A stretch of 62,440 nt of DNA, filler included, from Globobulimina sp. (GCA_003354225.1; 27 parts of 27 records of this genome joined end to end with filler, not necessarily neighbours in it), one strand, 5' to 3'. Shown: positions 1-12,031, numbered from the whole stretch's first letter. The notes: generated by a model not told the origin, from the sequence alone. Made by a program: numbers and translations.

Positions 1-846
1 CCAGTAACGATCAAAGGAATCAATCCAAAATTGGTAATTGGCGATGAATCCTTAGGCTTCCCGACGATGCAATTTCGATGTGGCGCAATCCGCAAATATT
101 TATCATTACTTCGCAGCAATATGTATTTAGATTATATTGCATTAACTAAAACGTGTTCGTGCGGAAAGGAAGTTGTCGATCATTCAAAATGTCAGGAACA
201 AGCAAATTATATCAAAAAGCAAACAAATAAAATAAAACAAAAGCATCGATTGGGCAAAATATCGAAGGAGCAAATGAGGGAAGAAATTGATAACATTGTT
301 GCAGTGAAATGCATTAAATGCGGATATTGGGGACATTTTGGAAGTGATTGCGACAAAGATGACGATGATGAGATATGTTTATGTTGCCACAAATCAAAAC
401 ATATTCGGACTTTGAATATTTTAATCTGTACCGATTCGTATAATTTGGTGAAATTATTAGAAAATTTAGATAATATTAATAAGATTTGGACAGAGATTGA
501 TTTTGTAAATTTAGATCATTATAAATTAATACATTGTACAATTGGCCCTGAATTAAAATTATCGGAGTTATATAAAGTGATTGATACAAACACAAATAAT
601 AAATCATCACAGAATAATCCGCTGAGTGTCACAACCAATCACTTATTACATCATGGTTTAACTGCCGACGACTTTGAAGAGACATCATCGCAAATTATTG
701 AGTATAATGAGAATAAAAGTATTGAATTGGTGGAGAATAAGAATGATAATTTAAGTGCGGAATTGGCAGCCAATCTATATGTCGATGATAACCTGTTATC
801 GCTGCTGAATAATAATGAATTGATTGTTTGTTTGTTCCTTTTTTAG
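1..846 (+). CDS. CCHC zinc-knuckle protein, 5' partial (gag/ORF1-like)
   Basis: CIKCGYWGHFGSDC fits CX2CX4HX4C exactly, with degenerate Cys/His clusters either side. The frame is open to the contig start. Confidence 0.6.
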   Translation, partial: PVTIKGINPKLVIGDESLGFPTMQFRCGAIRKYLSLLRSNMYLDYIALTKTCSCGKEVVDHSKCQEQANYIKKQTNKIKQKHRLGKISKEQMREEIDNIVAVKCIKCGYWGHFGSDCDKDDDDEICLCCHKSKHIRTLNILICTDSYNLVKLLENLDNINKIWTEIDFVNLDHYKLIHCTIGPELKLSELYKVIDTNTNNKSSQNNPLSVTTNHLLHHGLTADDFEETSSQIIEYNENKSIELVENKNDNLSAELAANLYVDDNLLSLLNNNELIVCLFLF

Positions 847-1139
847 TTATTTAGTATATATATGTTGTACTAAACTAACTTATTTTAATTTAATCAAAAA
901 ACTTTCTCCTCCCTTTTGCTTAGAGTCTTATCTAAGACGAGGATCCACAAAACACACATAATTCATATTAAAATAATTGAATTGTGACATAACGAGACTA
1001 CTAAACACTTTCGTGTTTCCTTCAAAAATTTAGATTAGCCATCACTGTCATTCTGACAATCGGTCAAATCACTACCGTTATTATACGCACATTATCAAAA
1101 TTACGTATATTTATTTACAAATATACGTTACCTGAAAAT

Positions 1140-2218
1140 ATGCACTCGCCACAAAACTATCAACAATTATCACAAAAACGCAATCATAATCCACGCAAAC
1201 GCAAAAGAATGAGTTCGCCGCCTCAAAAAAGCGGAAATCATAATTATTTATTTGATTCAAATCAAAGTAAAAACAATAAATTATCACAGAATATTGTTGA
1301 TTTTGTTAATCATTGCAACGAGTCATCATCACCGAAATTACACAGTCTATATATCACTCCCTTAAATGTTATAAAAAAGTTAAATATTAAACTTATCAAA
1401 ATTCGATTACAAATCAAAAAAAGAGACTTAGAATTCCAGTTATTACAAACCACAAATAACTACGAAGAATGTATTAAATCTATCCATTGGTTTACGTCAT
1501 CATTAAATAAATTACAATGCCATCATCCATTGGCACAAGAAACGTTTGATAAAAACGTGAAATTGTTAGACATGGTACACGCGCAAATTCAATGTGATTT
1601 ATACAAAGAAGTCGAAACATTGTCATTGGACCACATCGCAGATGATATCAAAGCAATTATTGTCAAAGCAAATGCAAATTACGACAGTTATTTAGTTGGT
1701 ATTACGAAAGAATTCAAAACGTTGGATTGGTGCCCTGACGATTTAAAAACTGATATTAATCAAATTGAAAACGATCGGAAAACACAATCGAAATTATTTA
1801 TTAATATCATCAACGATCATCGGAAGTTATTAGAACATAGAAAATCATCATTAAAAATTGAAGATATGATTTCCGTCGATTTATCACAAAATTTCATCAT
1901 TAATAATAATATAAATTCAATGAAAAAATTAATTGCAAAGCGCAGTAAAAAGAAACAATGGATTAAAAACATTGAAATTTCAAATTACAAAAATAAATTA
2001 GCAAAAATTGAAAAAGGTCTATATTTACATTTAAATGATGATATTGTAAATATTTGTGATTCATACAAATTAATTCGAGCGAGAAGGGATGAAATCAAAT
2101 CTCGAATTAATGGAAAAAACGTAAATTTAAAGAAAATACATATCAAATTATTACGGAATAAAATCAAAAAAGTCCTCGAATTCTCAGAACAACAGAAAAA
2201 TAAAAGCGATGCAGATAT
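1140..2218 (+). CDS. Hypothetical basic, coiled-coil-like protein, 3' partial
   Basis: Open frame of ~360 codons running into the linker; no recognisable motif. Confidence 0.5.
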
Positions 2219-2318
2219 NNNNNNNNNNNNNNNNNNNNNNNNNNNNNNNNNNNNNNNNNNNNTTAATTAATTAANNNNNNNNNNNNNNNNNNNNNNNNNN
2301 NNNNNNNNNNNNNNNNNN
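2219..2318. other. Artificial contig linker (first of 26): N44-TTAATTAATTAA-N44
   Basis: An identical 100-bp spacer recurs every ~2.3 kb and its core gives stops in all six frames. Intervening contigs fall steadily in length from 2218 to 2215 bp. Adjacency across linkers has no biological meaning. Confidence 0.99.
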
Positions 2319-2358
2319 TACTGTCCGAATTAATATGTTTTTAGAGTCATGTTGGGGT

Positions 2359-2877
2359 TTAAACGGATTTTGCAGTCATTTTTGAAACAGAATATGCGAT
2401 ATAAACATTCCATGGAATTGAGGCAACATTAATTACTGAAACTTTGTATTGATGAGGAACAAATGCAATATTTATGAGTTGAACCAATGGCCAATACATC
2501 CAATTCGATAATAAGGTGTTAAATGCATTCGTTTTAACCGCACGAAAAGATATTTTCATATCAAATGTAGCAACGTAACTAGAATAAAACCAAAATGCAA
2601 CGACCAAAATTGGTGACATTAATAATTGATCCATGGCCACTTTCATTAAAACAGAACTAATTTCATTTCCTGGGGATACTTTTTCTAAGAATGGGAACCA
2701 ATTATAACCGATTGGCGCGAAGCAAATTGATGCCCAACTTATCATAATTCCTAAATTCTTATAATCAAATCCTTGCAAATTGGATTTCCCAATCCCTCCA
2801 AACAGTGCATAACATAATATTGAGCCTAATGCTGCAAATACGGCACATTCCAATGACATTTGAACAAACGCATGCAT
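2359..2877 (-). CDS. Mpv17/PMP22 family membrane protein
   Basis: KVAMDQLLMSP, NWMYWPLVQLINIAFVP and WNVYIAY motifs; four hydrophobic segments. Confidence 0.9.
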   Translation of the reverse strand: MHAFVQMSLECAVFAALGSILCYALFGGIGKSNLQGFDYKNLGIMISWASICFAPIGYNWFPFLEKVSPGNEISSVLMKVAMDQLLMSPILVVAFWFYSSYVATFDMKISFRAVKTNAFNTLLSNWMYWPLVQLINIAFVPHQYKVSVINVASIPWNVYIAYSVSKMTAKSV

Positions 2878-2926
2878 TAAATTTTCACCTTTTAGTCTTA
2901 GTTAGAAAAAAACCACAAACTTTACC

Positions 2927-4384
2927 ATGTCCTCTCGAGCAAAACTATTCAAATCAATTGCAAAGAAAAAACAAATGCAACGATTCAAATTACCAGATGA
3001 TGAGCATGACGCCGAACATGTACCAATAAAAAACGCCTCTGAGCCTGATCGCGAAATAAATGAAGAGAAAATAAATAATAAGTCCAAAAAGAAAAAGAAA
3101 AAAAGGAAAAAAGGAAAAACAAGTGATAGCAATGAACTTAGTTTTTGGAAGTATAATGACAATAATTCCTCATACTCGACCCGTTTAATTGAACGTGGTT
3201 CGGGCTCCCATCCCAATGTTATTATCCGTGGACACATCCATTCTTATTTATATTTATATCATTCAATCATCGACACCCCATGGATGAAGCTATTTTTTTA
3301 TGGTTTTTTGTTATTTTTTATCTTTAATTTATTTTTTGGCACAATCTTCCATTTAATAAACGGCGTAGTTTGGGACGATGACACAAAGCGTTTGGTGACT
3401 TGGAGCGACTCCTTCTTTTTCGCCTTACAGTCAATGGACACCATCGGATTTGGGGCATTGATACCAAACAATACCGGCGGTAATTGGTTGGTGTTTATTA
3501 TGAGTTACATGTCTGGCATATTTTGGACTGCATTCACCGGCATTGTGTTTGCCAAATTATCGCGGCCCTCCAGACTGAAACGGCAATTTAAGTTCAGTGA
3601 TGTTGCAGTGATCAACCATCAAATGGAATGTTTTAAGCCCGCATTCTTTGATGATGCGGAGGAGGAGCAAAAATACGCGGATATGGGGTTGGAGGGTGTG
3701 CGATGGAGCGAATATGGGGAGTATGGTATCGATGAACAGTACGCGTGTTTACAATTTCGATTTGGTGATATGCGGCATACTTCGCGTATATGTGATAGCG
3801 ACTTTCATTTAATATTCTTTCAACGCGCGACCAGATATGTACACGACGACAATTGCAATGTGTGGGAGGATTATATTATGGAAGAGATGGATTTTGACAT
3901 CAATCGGCAGCGAGGGAGGGTGCGGTCTATGGGGCCCTCCATCCCCTTATTGTCATTGCCGTGGCTGATTCAGCATAAAATCGATAGATTGTCGCCGTTG
4001 TATGGCTTGAGTAAGAAGGATATGATGGATCGGAAATGTGAGATCATTGGCATTGTGGATGGCATTGACGAGGCGACATCGGATAACTTTCAATCGTGGT
4101 GGTCCTATACTGCCAATGAGATATATTGGAATTATAAATTCAAGCCAATGGTAAAAGCAGTTGTTAAATCTCAGAAACAATATCTACAGATTGATTATGA
4201 CCGGATTTCGTTAATAAGACCAATTTCAAAGAAAACGGCTTCGCATTCGAATTATGCGCATGCGTTCATGTCAAATAAAAGCATAGCATCTGCTGCTGCG
4301 GCGGATGAATCATCGGAATCGAGTATTATTGTTAAAAAACGCAAGAAAACACCGAGTAAAGTTTCAAAATCAAATAAAAAGTGA
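2927..4384 (+). CDS. Inward-rectifier potassium channel (Kir family)
   Basis: Two TM helices around SFFFALQSMDTIGFG (K+ filter), then GIVFAKLSRP, FSDVAVI, HKIDRLSPLYG, EIIGIVDGIDE and SYTANEIYW cytoplasmic-domain motifs. Confidence 0.93.
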   Translation: MSSRAKLFKSIAKKKQMQRFKLPDDEHDAEHVPIKNASEPDREINEEKINNKSKKKKKKRKKGKTSDSNELSFWKYNDNNSSYSTRLIERGSGSHPNVIIRGHIHSYLYLYHSIIDTPWMKLFFYGFLLFFIFNLFFGTIFHLINGVVWDDDTKRLVTWSDSFFFALQSMDTIGFGALIPNNTGGNWLVFIMSYMSGIFWTAFTGIVFAKLSRPSRLKRQFKFSDVAVINHQMECFKPAFFDDAEEEQKYADMGLEGVRWSEYGEYGIDEQYACLQFRFGDMRHTSRICDSDFHLIFFQRATRYVHDDNCNVWEDYIMEEMDFDINRQRGRVRSMGPSIPLLSLPWLIQHKIDRLSPLYGLSKKDMMDRKCEIIGIVDGIDEATSDNFQSWWSYTANEIYWNYKFKPMVKAVVKSQKQYLQIDYDRISLIRPISKKTASHSNYAHAFMSNKSIASAAAADESSESSIIVKKRKKTPSKVSKSNKK

Positions 4385-4825
4385 ATGTATAACTGAACGG
4401 TTATTTTAATTGTTTTAATGAGTACGTACTTAATTAATGACAATCATTTCTTTTTGACATTTGACTTTTTAGGCTTAAACTTCTAAACACTTCTTTTGTG
4501 ATTGGCAAGGTTTTTGGGTTAGCTAGAGTGGTTTTCNNNNNNNNNNNNNNNNNNNNNNNNNNNNNNNNNNNNNNNNNNNNTTAATTAATTAANNNNNNNN
4601 NNNNNNNNNNNNNNNNNNNNNNNNNNNNNNNNNNNNTCACAACAAAATCAATCGATATCAGTTTAACACTCTTTTTGTATAATATTTTTAACATAAAAAT
4701 TAATTGTCGCTTTTATACAATCTGTGCCTGTTCCATTTGGAAATTGTTTTGCCGATCCATTGACATTTCACGCTTAAATATTGTGTAGTTTTTCCCATTT
4801 TGAGTTGTCAGCGCTTTAATTGAGT

Positions 4826-5979
4826 ATGTCTCGCAATACAATTGTAACGAGATCGATGAGTCGCAAAAGGAAACGATCAACAAATCCTGTAGCTGATGAC
4901 CATGACAATGACGGCAATGATAATTCAAATCACAATTCAAATGAACCTCCAGCAAAAAAACAAAAAGCGCCATCAAACAATAATGATAATAACAATACAA
5001 ATCCATTACAAGTTATCCAGTTGGCTGCATATCGTATGTAAATATATAAATTTATGTACAATTGATTTCTTTTTCCGATGACACTACCTATGTCCGTACA
5101 GATTGTTGCGTTTGCAAAGAATTAACCGCTGATAAAATATTTCAATGTTTAAATGGCCATTTAATTTGTAATGAATGCTATTTACAACTCGAACCATGCA
5201 AATGTCCAACCTGCCGAATAAAAATGGATAAATTAAATCCAATTCGAAATAGAATGGCTGAGGATACGCTCTCTTTCCGTGTGGCAGAGTGTCGTTATGA
5301 TGGATGTCACCAAAAGTCAATTTTTTCAAAATTAAAAATACATCAAAGCAACGAATGTTTATATAAACCAACAATTTGTAAATTTGTAACATTAGGATGT
5401 GGATGGAAAGGATTGAAGAAAAATAAGAGTTTACATGAACAAAATTGTAGATTGGATCAAGATAAATTATTGGATCAATTTCGATCGTATTCTGTCTACA
5501 AAAGGTTTTTCAGCCAAAGCTCTGAGCTGCACAGACAACGATTATTTTTACCTTATTCTCCATTGTCGGAATCGTACTTAAGGGCTTTGAACGTATATTT
5601 TTATGAGAGACGCATCTCTGTTGTAATAAAAGTGTCAGCAAAACAAATAAATGATGAGCAAGTTATGCAATTTTATGCGCAAATTTCATTGACTGATGCT
5701 GAGGATATGTTTGATGAGGATGTTGAGGATGACTATGCCGAAGAGGTTGACGTAAATATTGGCGGCGTAGTTGAGATTGTTAATGATGATGAGGATAATT
5801 GCTATGTTGGAAATTTTGAAATCGATACAACTTTCAATCGCGAAAAGAGAAAATCAGAGTGGTTGAAATTTGGGAAACAATTTGCAAGACAACAGTATAT
5901 GTCTTTATTTCATCCGGATGAGCGACTTGCGGGTTTTCCAAAATGTGCCCTTGAAATTGTGATATGTCACTTTGACTGA
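4826..5979 (+). CDS. SINA/CYHR1-like RING plus TRAF-type zinc-finger protein (predicted intron 5034-5101)
   Basis: CCVC...IFQCLNGHLICNEC...CPTCR...RNRMAE RING, then C..C/H...C and CKFVTLGCGWKG. A GT-AG intron joins ORF 4820 and ORF 5062 in phase. Confidence 0.8.
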
Positions 5980-6092
5980 GTTGTTCTTTAATTTCTATTT
6001 AATGAAAGCATTCATATTTAATTTAATTCATTCAACTATACAACTGTTAATATTAAAGTTTTAATTATTAAACAAGAGACATATAACAATAA

Positions 6093-6854
6093 TCATAGTA
6101 ATCCTCCGGCGTCCAAACTATTTTCAATGACAATATGTTGGACATCATTGAATACTCTCTCTACATTGCGTCTATCCGTAGCACAGGTCACATGGATATA
6201 AATCTGTCTATTTTCTTGCTTGTTGCGCGCAATAAATTCTTTTTTAATATGATTCAATGATTCGTCGTGTTTGTGTGCTCCATTATAGTCCGGGAAGCAG
6301 CACGTTATCGGCAAACTTTTTATTTTTGAGGAAAATAAATCCATTTTATTTAAAAATAATATCATCGATGTCTCCACAAACCACTGATTATTGCAAACTT
6401 CTGCAAATAAATGCAATGAGTCATGCATAACATTTTCAGTCTCTTCCTCGTACATTGCTTCATCGTATCCACTCAACGAAGCTACAAATATCACTGCCGT
6501 CACATGCTCGAAACAATGAATCCATTTCTTACGTTCTGCTCTTTGACCGCCAACATCAAATATACGTAATTGCGTACCTTTTATAGTAAACAATTTGTCC
6601 ACGACACCAGTTGTACGATGTCGACACAATAACACATCCTTAGATATGTGACATATATTATAATGCGAATTTGCGCAATGTACAAAACAGTTTTATATTA
6701 TATATAAATACCTCAAATGATGGTATATAATTTTGCGACGAGATTCGACGTATTTCGTCAAAAAAATATCCCGTTGAGTCTGTCACGCCAAATTTGGCTC
6801 GTTTATCAAAGGTATTTCTTATCCCATTGTCTCTCCATAAAATTTCAACTTTAT
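6093..6854 (-). CDS. Heterotrimeric G-protein alpha subunit, 5' partial (intron 6711-6639)
   Basis: RTTG, DVGGQRAERKKWIHCF, LFLNKMD and TCATD motifs. The upstream exon reads LWRDNGIRNTF...DSTGYFFDEIRRISSQNYIPSFE and splices in phase. Confidence 0.96.
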
Positions 6855-7055
6855 NNNNNNNNNNNNNNNNNNNNNNNNNNNNNNNNNNNNNNNNNNNNTT
6901 AATTAATTAANNNNNNNNNNNNNNNNNNNNNNNNNNNNNNNNNNNNNNNNNNNNGTCGATAGATGTTTCTACTGAAATATTTTTGGATACTATCTTGCAT
7001 CACTTAGTACAGACAGTAAAATTGTACAATCATATTTTTCTTTGGGAGAGTAAAG

Positions 7056-7200
7056 CAATTACTAAACAATGCACCCAATTTCTGTCAATTGGCGCATGGA
7101 ATAGTCGCTGCCTTACTTTCGCAACGAAAACGCCATTTCTAGTCTTTTCCTTGCGAGAGAAAGACAATTACTAAACCATGCACCCAATTTCTGTCAATTG
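7056..7200. repeat. Two-copy direct repeat, 36 bp (7056-7091 and 7165-7200, 1 mismatch)
   Basis: caattactaaac(a/c)atgcacccaatttctgtcaattg occurs twice, 109 bp apart, with weaker similarity upstream. Confidence 0.85.
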
Positions 7201-7329
7201 AGAATATGAGATAGTCAGGTACGGTATGTCTGTTCTTTTGTACACCGTCAACCTTAAATTTTGGTCAAAAATTTACTTTCATTAACTATTGTCGTATTAT
7301 CCAGTGGTGCAAATAGATCGGAATTACGA

Positions 7330-8684
7330 TAAGACCACCGATAAAATATCGTATGAATTTTCGTACAAACACTCCGGGTTCTTCGCTCTGGCATTTTTCT
7401 TCCAGAATCGGACTCGAACACTCTCCCAAACAATAGACATAACTAAATGACATAGGTAGCTTGATAAGTAACTAAACCGTTTACAATTGATATAGAGCAG
7501 GGATGCCTACTAGAATCAAAAATCTTGGTAGTATAGTATAGTATAGTACTAGAATCAAGCCTATGATTCTAGTATAGTATACTAATTTAGTTTCAATCGG
7601 GTTTGAATTAAGTATAGTATACTAATATAAAAATTCAAAATTTTGATTCTAGTATGATTCTAGTAACGATGAAAATCTGCGCCATTTTATCCTATTTTTC
7701 AAATTTAAAGCTGCCGTGCAACAAAAACATTAATTTTAGCTAATACAGCGAAAATGAAACAACTTTTTACCAAAAACAAGCTAGGTTGGTTGTATAGTAT
7801 AGTATAAAATCTGCTTTTTTGATCCTAATATAGTATAGTATAGTACTATACTACTAATTTGATTAAAGTTACTAGTATATTGTAGTATAGTAGGCATCCC
7901 TGATATAGAGAGAGTCTCCTTACCCACAGAGTGTATCAATTACAGCTAAAATTTGTGGTGTATTTCCAGGATTTCCCAAAAGTTTATCCAATTTGGAAAC
8001 TTCTTTCATTGTTCTCTCTCCATCACATGTCTCTTCGCAAACTCCAGAAACAGTTCTATTTGTTTTCTCAAAGCAAGATGCATGCTTCTGGGCTTCTAAA
8101 ATGTACAACGCGTCAATTAGATGCTAATTTGCGCATCATGGCATACGGTCAAAGTTGTCGACACACATGAATTGCAATGCAGTGAATGCAGGCTTCGATC
8201 CTTCGGCCAATATTTCTGTCGCCGCTCCTGGACATCCGGAAACGCAGTTGATCAAATTATGCCATTCGCTGTAATTGAATACATATACAATTTAGTGAGT
8301 AATATGCAAATTTTCTAACTTACGGACAGAGTGAAAGTATATCTTTGTCGAAGAAAGCGAATATCGATTCTCCTTCTGGTCCTTTTCCTTTCAGTTTTGC
8401 CGCGGCAGGATTGGATGCCATTTTGCTGGCAAAAGATAGAAAACAGCCACCCCCGCATTTGCTCTTGGAAGTCCGATCTAAGTGAGAAAATGTTTATCGT
8501 TTTATTAGCTAATATTGTTTATTTATTTCTTACTGTCTTTTGTATCTACTAAGTTGTGTTTCAAGTACATTAAATATGGCTTGGGAATCTGTAAAAAGTA
8601 TTAATACTCAGAAAACGTGGCATTTTTTAAACATTAAAATGACTTACATCCAACGATGAACAAGAAGATCGCAGTCGTCTTCAT
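7330..8684 (-). CDS. Multi-exon secreted Cys-rich protein, CPG4-domain-like; exons ~8684-8648, 8588-8534, 8477-8324, 8268-8147, 8095-7924, 7442-~7330
   Basis: Manual splicing at GTAAG/GTATG donors and YAG acceptors gives MKTTAIFLFIVGYSQA...CGGGCF...LCPEWHNLINCVSGCP...FMCVDNFD...SCFEKTNRTVSGVCEETC...LCGYVYCLGECSSPILEEKC. Exons 3-6 join in phase; the exon 2/3 junction is off by one base; the 3' end is uncertain. Confidence 0.7.
7498..7902. mobile_element. Non-autonomous hAT-type DNA transposon (MITE), 405 bp
   Basis: 15-bp perfect TIRs CAGGGATGCCTACTA / TAGTAGGCATCCCTG. Exact 8-bp TSD ATATAGAG at 7490-7497 and 7903-7910. Internal TAGTA and TAGAATCA/TGATTCTA subterminal repeats. Confidence 0.92.
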
Positions 8685-9501
8685 TGTAGAAAGTGGTAAA
8701 TAAATGTGCCTTTTCAAGGCCAAAACGTTACAAAGGACCGCCGATCTCTGTCTAAAAGAATGCAATAAACAATAGTGATGACAGAAACTGGTCGAGTGAT
8801 TCGATGTAAGAACGGGAACAACAAGTGGAAAAACAATTGAATGTCGTACTGTCCCTCCATTTTTATTGTTATATTGAAAGACAACATTTTTACATTCAAT
8901 ATTTATTTATCACATCTAAAAGTTGCATTATCACTATTTCAAAAACTTTTCAATTTCAATTTATACAGGAGATATTTCTTTTGAATTTTTAGTTTTTCAG
9001 TTTCTAAATCGATCAATTTACTTTTCTTTTCTATTAAATCGTATTCTTTCTGTGCCAATTCCATTTTTAGTCTTTTCAAACTTGACTCATCGCCGTCCTT
9101 GTCGGCTACTGCTGACATTATTTGTTCGGTGTCAGACTCTGAGGTCGCGAAAGAAAAGTATTTCTTTTCAAGNNNNNNNNNNNNNNNNNNNNNNNNNNNN
9201 NNNNNNNNNNNNNNNNTTAATTAATTAANNNNNNNNNNNNNNNNNNNNNNNNNNNNNNNNNNNNNNNNNNNNAAGAGAATATTGAGAGGAATCAGACCTA
9301 TTATTTTGCTTTGACGTCTTGTGGGGGTGCTGCATATTGTCATTATGAAATTGTATGAGACTAAAGTCATGCTGGGAATTTAATTCTGAGTGACATCACT
9401 GACATGCATTGAAGCGATTGAACAGCTTTTAAGTGATTTTTAAATTGAATTATATCTAGAAAGTTTTTCTTGAAAACGTCAGCTACTTTTGAGTTAAGAT
9501 C

Positions 9502-11490
9502 ATGGATGAAAAAAAAGGAGAATTTCTCGAACAATCGCTAGCTTTGGATCGCGAAGTAATAACCGTTGGTTTAGGAGCATGTGGCAATCGGATCAGTTGT
9601 GGGTTTTGGAGAAACATATTAGATGAACATAGTTTAGACTTTGATGGCACAATAATTGAAACAGACATAAACGATGATTATATCGTGGACAACACCCGCA
9701 TTGGTACATATTTTCGTGAACTGAAAGACACTGCAAACAAATATGTGCCACGAAACATAATCTGCGATTTGGACATCACCACTATTGACAGTGTGCGTGC
9801 CTCCAATCTGGGTTCATTATTCAACGCCGATTCGTATATTTACGCCGGTAATTCTGCCAATAACTTATATTCATTAGGCTATAATTCATGTATTATCGAT
9901 GACATATTTGAGGAAATACGTTTAGAAGCCGAGAAATGTTCATCCGTCCAAGGCTTTAAATTATTACACTCCGTCGGTGGTGGTACAGGCAGTGGTTTAA
10001 CTGCATACTTATCGCAGCTATTAAAAGATGAATTTTATGACAGATTGATCACTTCCTACACTGTCTACCCATCCAATAAAGCCTCCGATATTGTGATCGA
10101 GCCATACAACATGGTCCTATCTATGCCTTCGTTACTGTCGTATCATGACATTAATGCCTGTATTGATAATGAGACCTTATTTGATATTTCATCGCGTTTG
10201 TTCCATAACGAACGGCCCAATTTCAGTGACTTGAATGAGTATATTTCGAATATTATATCCTCCTCAACCGCCGGTTTACGCTTTAAAGGTTCCTTAAATA
10301 TGGATTTACGTAAATTGGCAGTCAATGTCATACCTTTCCCGCGTTTGCATTTCTTATCCATTTCGGATGCACCGTTGATGTATAACCATAATAGGAAATA
10401 CACCAAAATCAATATTGATACGCTGATTACTGAATTATTCCATTCGCAACAGTTTTTGTCGCATAATGATGATGTTGAATATAGCAAATATTTAGCAGCC
10501 TCAGTCATATTTCGTGGACAGCCCAAGAATGAATTTAATATTCTATTGAATGAGTATGAAATTGAATATGGTTTAAAACGTGTTTTTGATGAATTGGGCA
10601 CCAAAATGATGTGTAATGAGCTTGGTTACAATGTATTACATTCGACATTGGTGTATCAGCCGTCGCAGTCTTATCCATTGACAGCAACGTTATTTGCCAA
10701 CAATACCAGGTATGTGCCCTATACATGAAACCACGTCGACTTCCAATGACAGTGCTATGCATTGACAGCATCGCCGGCTTATTTGCGCGAAATTTGACGC
10801 GTTTTATGAAGTTTTACCACAAGAAAGCTTTCGTGCAATATTACACTCAGAATGGAACGGGAGAGGAGGACTTCGAAGAAGCGATTCACGAAATTAAGGA
10901 TTTATTGGAGGAGTATAATGAGAAAGATTCTTCATTGCAATCCTGCTCTGATTACGAATTAAATACATCGAATCGCAAGAAATTGCAGAAGAATAATGTA
11001 TTTTGGTCGCAATTCAATAAGAAAAGGAAAGTAAAAAAGAAACGGAAAAGGAAATTTAAACCGGTGGTGAGGAAGAATAAGAAAGTTTATGTCAAATCGA
11101 ATAATAAACGGGTGGTTATTATAAGTCATTCGCGCAGACAGGAAATCAACAAAAATTATAAGAAAGCACAAAATAAACGAAAAAAAATGAAGAAAAAAAA
11201 CAAACAGAAACATAAAAGTGATAGTGATGGTTTTGAGGAGGAGTCGTCGTCTGATGATAGTAACTCTGATTCGACAAATTCTTCAAGTCATTCATCATCG
11301 GATACGGATAAGTCATCGGGTAATGATAGCAGTGATGGTTCGAGTGATGGCAGTTCGAACTCAGAGAGTGAGGATGATGAAAGTATCGATAATTCATCAG
11401 ATACGAATACAGATAGTAATAGTAATTCGGACGCGAATACAGATAAAGATACGAGCAGTGATTCTGAAAAAACTGATACTGATTCTGATG
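9502..11490 (+). CDS. Highly divergent beta-tubulin-like protein with long basic then acidic C-terminal tail (intron 10710-10768), 3' partial
   Basis: REVITVGLGACGNRI, YVPRNIICDLD, HSVGGGTGSG, IEPYN, DNETL and DLRKLAVNVIPFPRLHF. The intron joins NTS-IAGLF in phase to ORF 10725. Confidence 0.9.
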
Positions 11491-12031
11491 NNNNNNNNNN
11501 NNNNNNNNNNNNNNNNNNNNNNNNNNNNNNNNNNTTAATTAATTAANNNNNNNNNNNNNNNNNNNNNNNNNNNNNNNNNNNNNNNNNNNNCATGGGCAGG
11601 GAAAAAATGAACAAGCAAATTTTAATACAAAACAACATTATTGTTGCACTCTATAGACAAAGTGCATTTAAGTGAAAAGAAAGTAAAGTCGATAATTCAG
11701 TTGATTTTATCCGTCTACAATTAATATTTAACAGACTAAACGAATAAATACTGAATTATGTCAACCGTATTTATATGTAAAAGGACATAATAAACAATTA
11801 CTTACATATTTTGTAGCACATTAAGTTTTTAATTGAGTGATAACCTTGATATCGAATTAGTGATTTTACTTTCTTTTCACTGAACGATATATTCCAAAAG
11901 ATAACCCCCCCCCCCTGGTTGATAAGTTGTATACGCCATTTTAATGCTTTTTTTTGCTTTTTTTTGCTTTGATGCAAAACTAATGTAAAGTTGAATAATT
12001 GTTAAAGTGAAAATTCTTAAAGTTTTAATAA

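Noticed and set aside
7056-7200. 36-bp direct repeat pair as a mini-CRISPR
   Set aside because: Only two copies, a 73-bp spacer, similarity extending beyond the repeat, eukaryotic context and no cas genes. A local duplication explains it.
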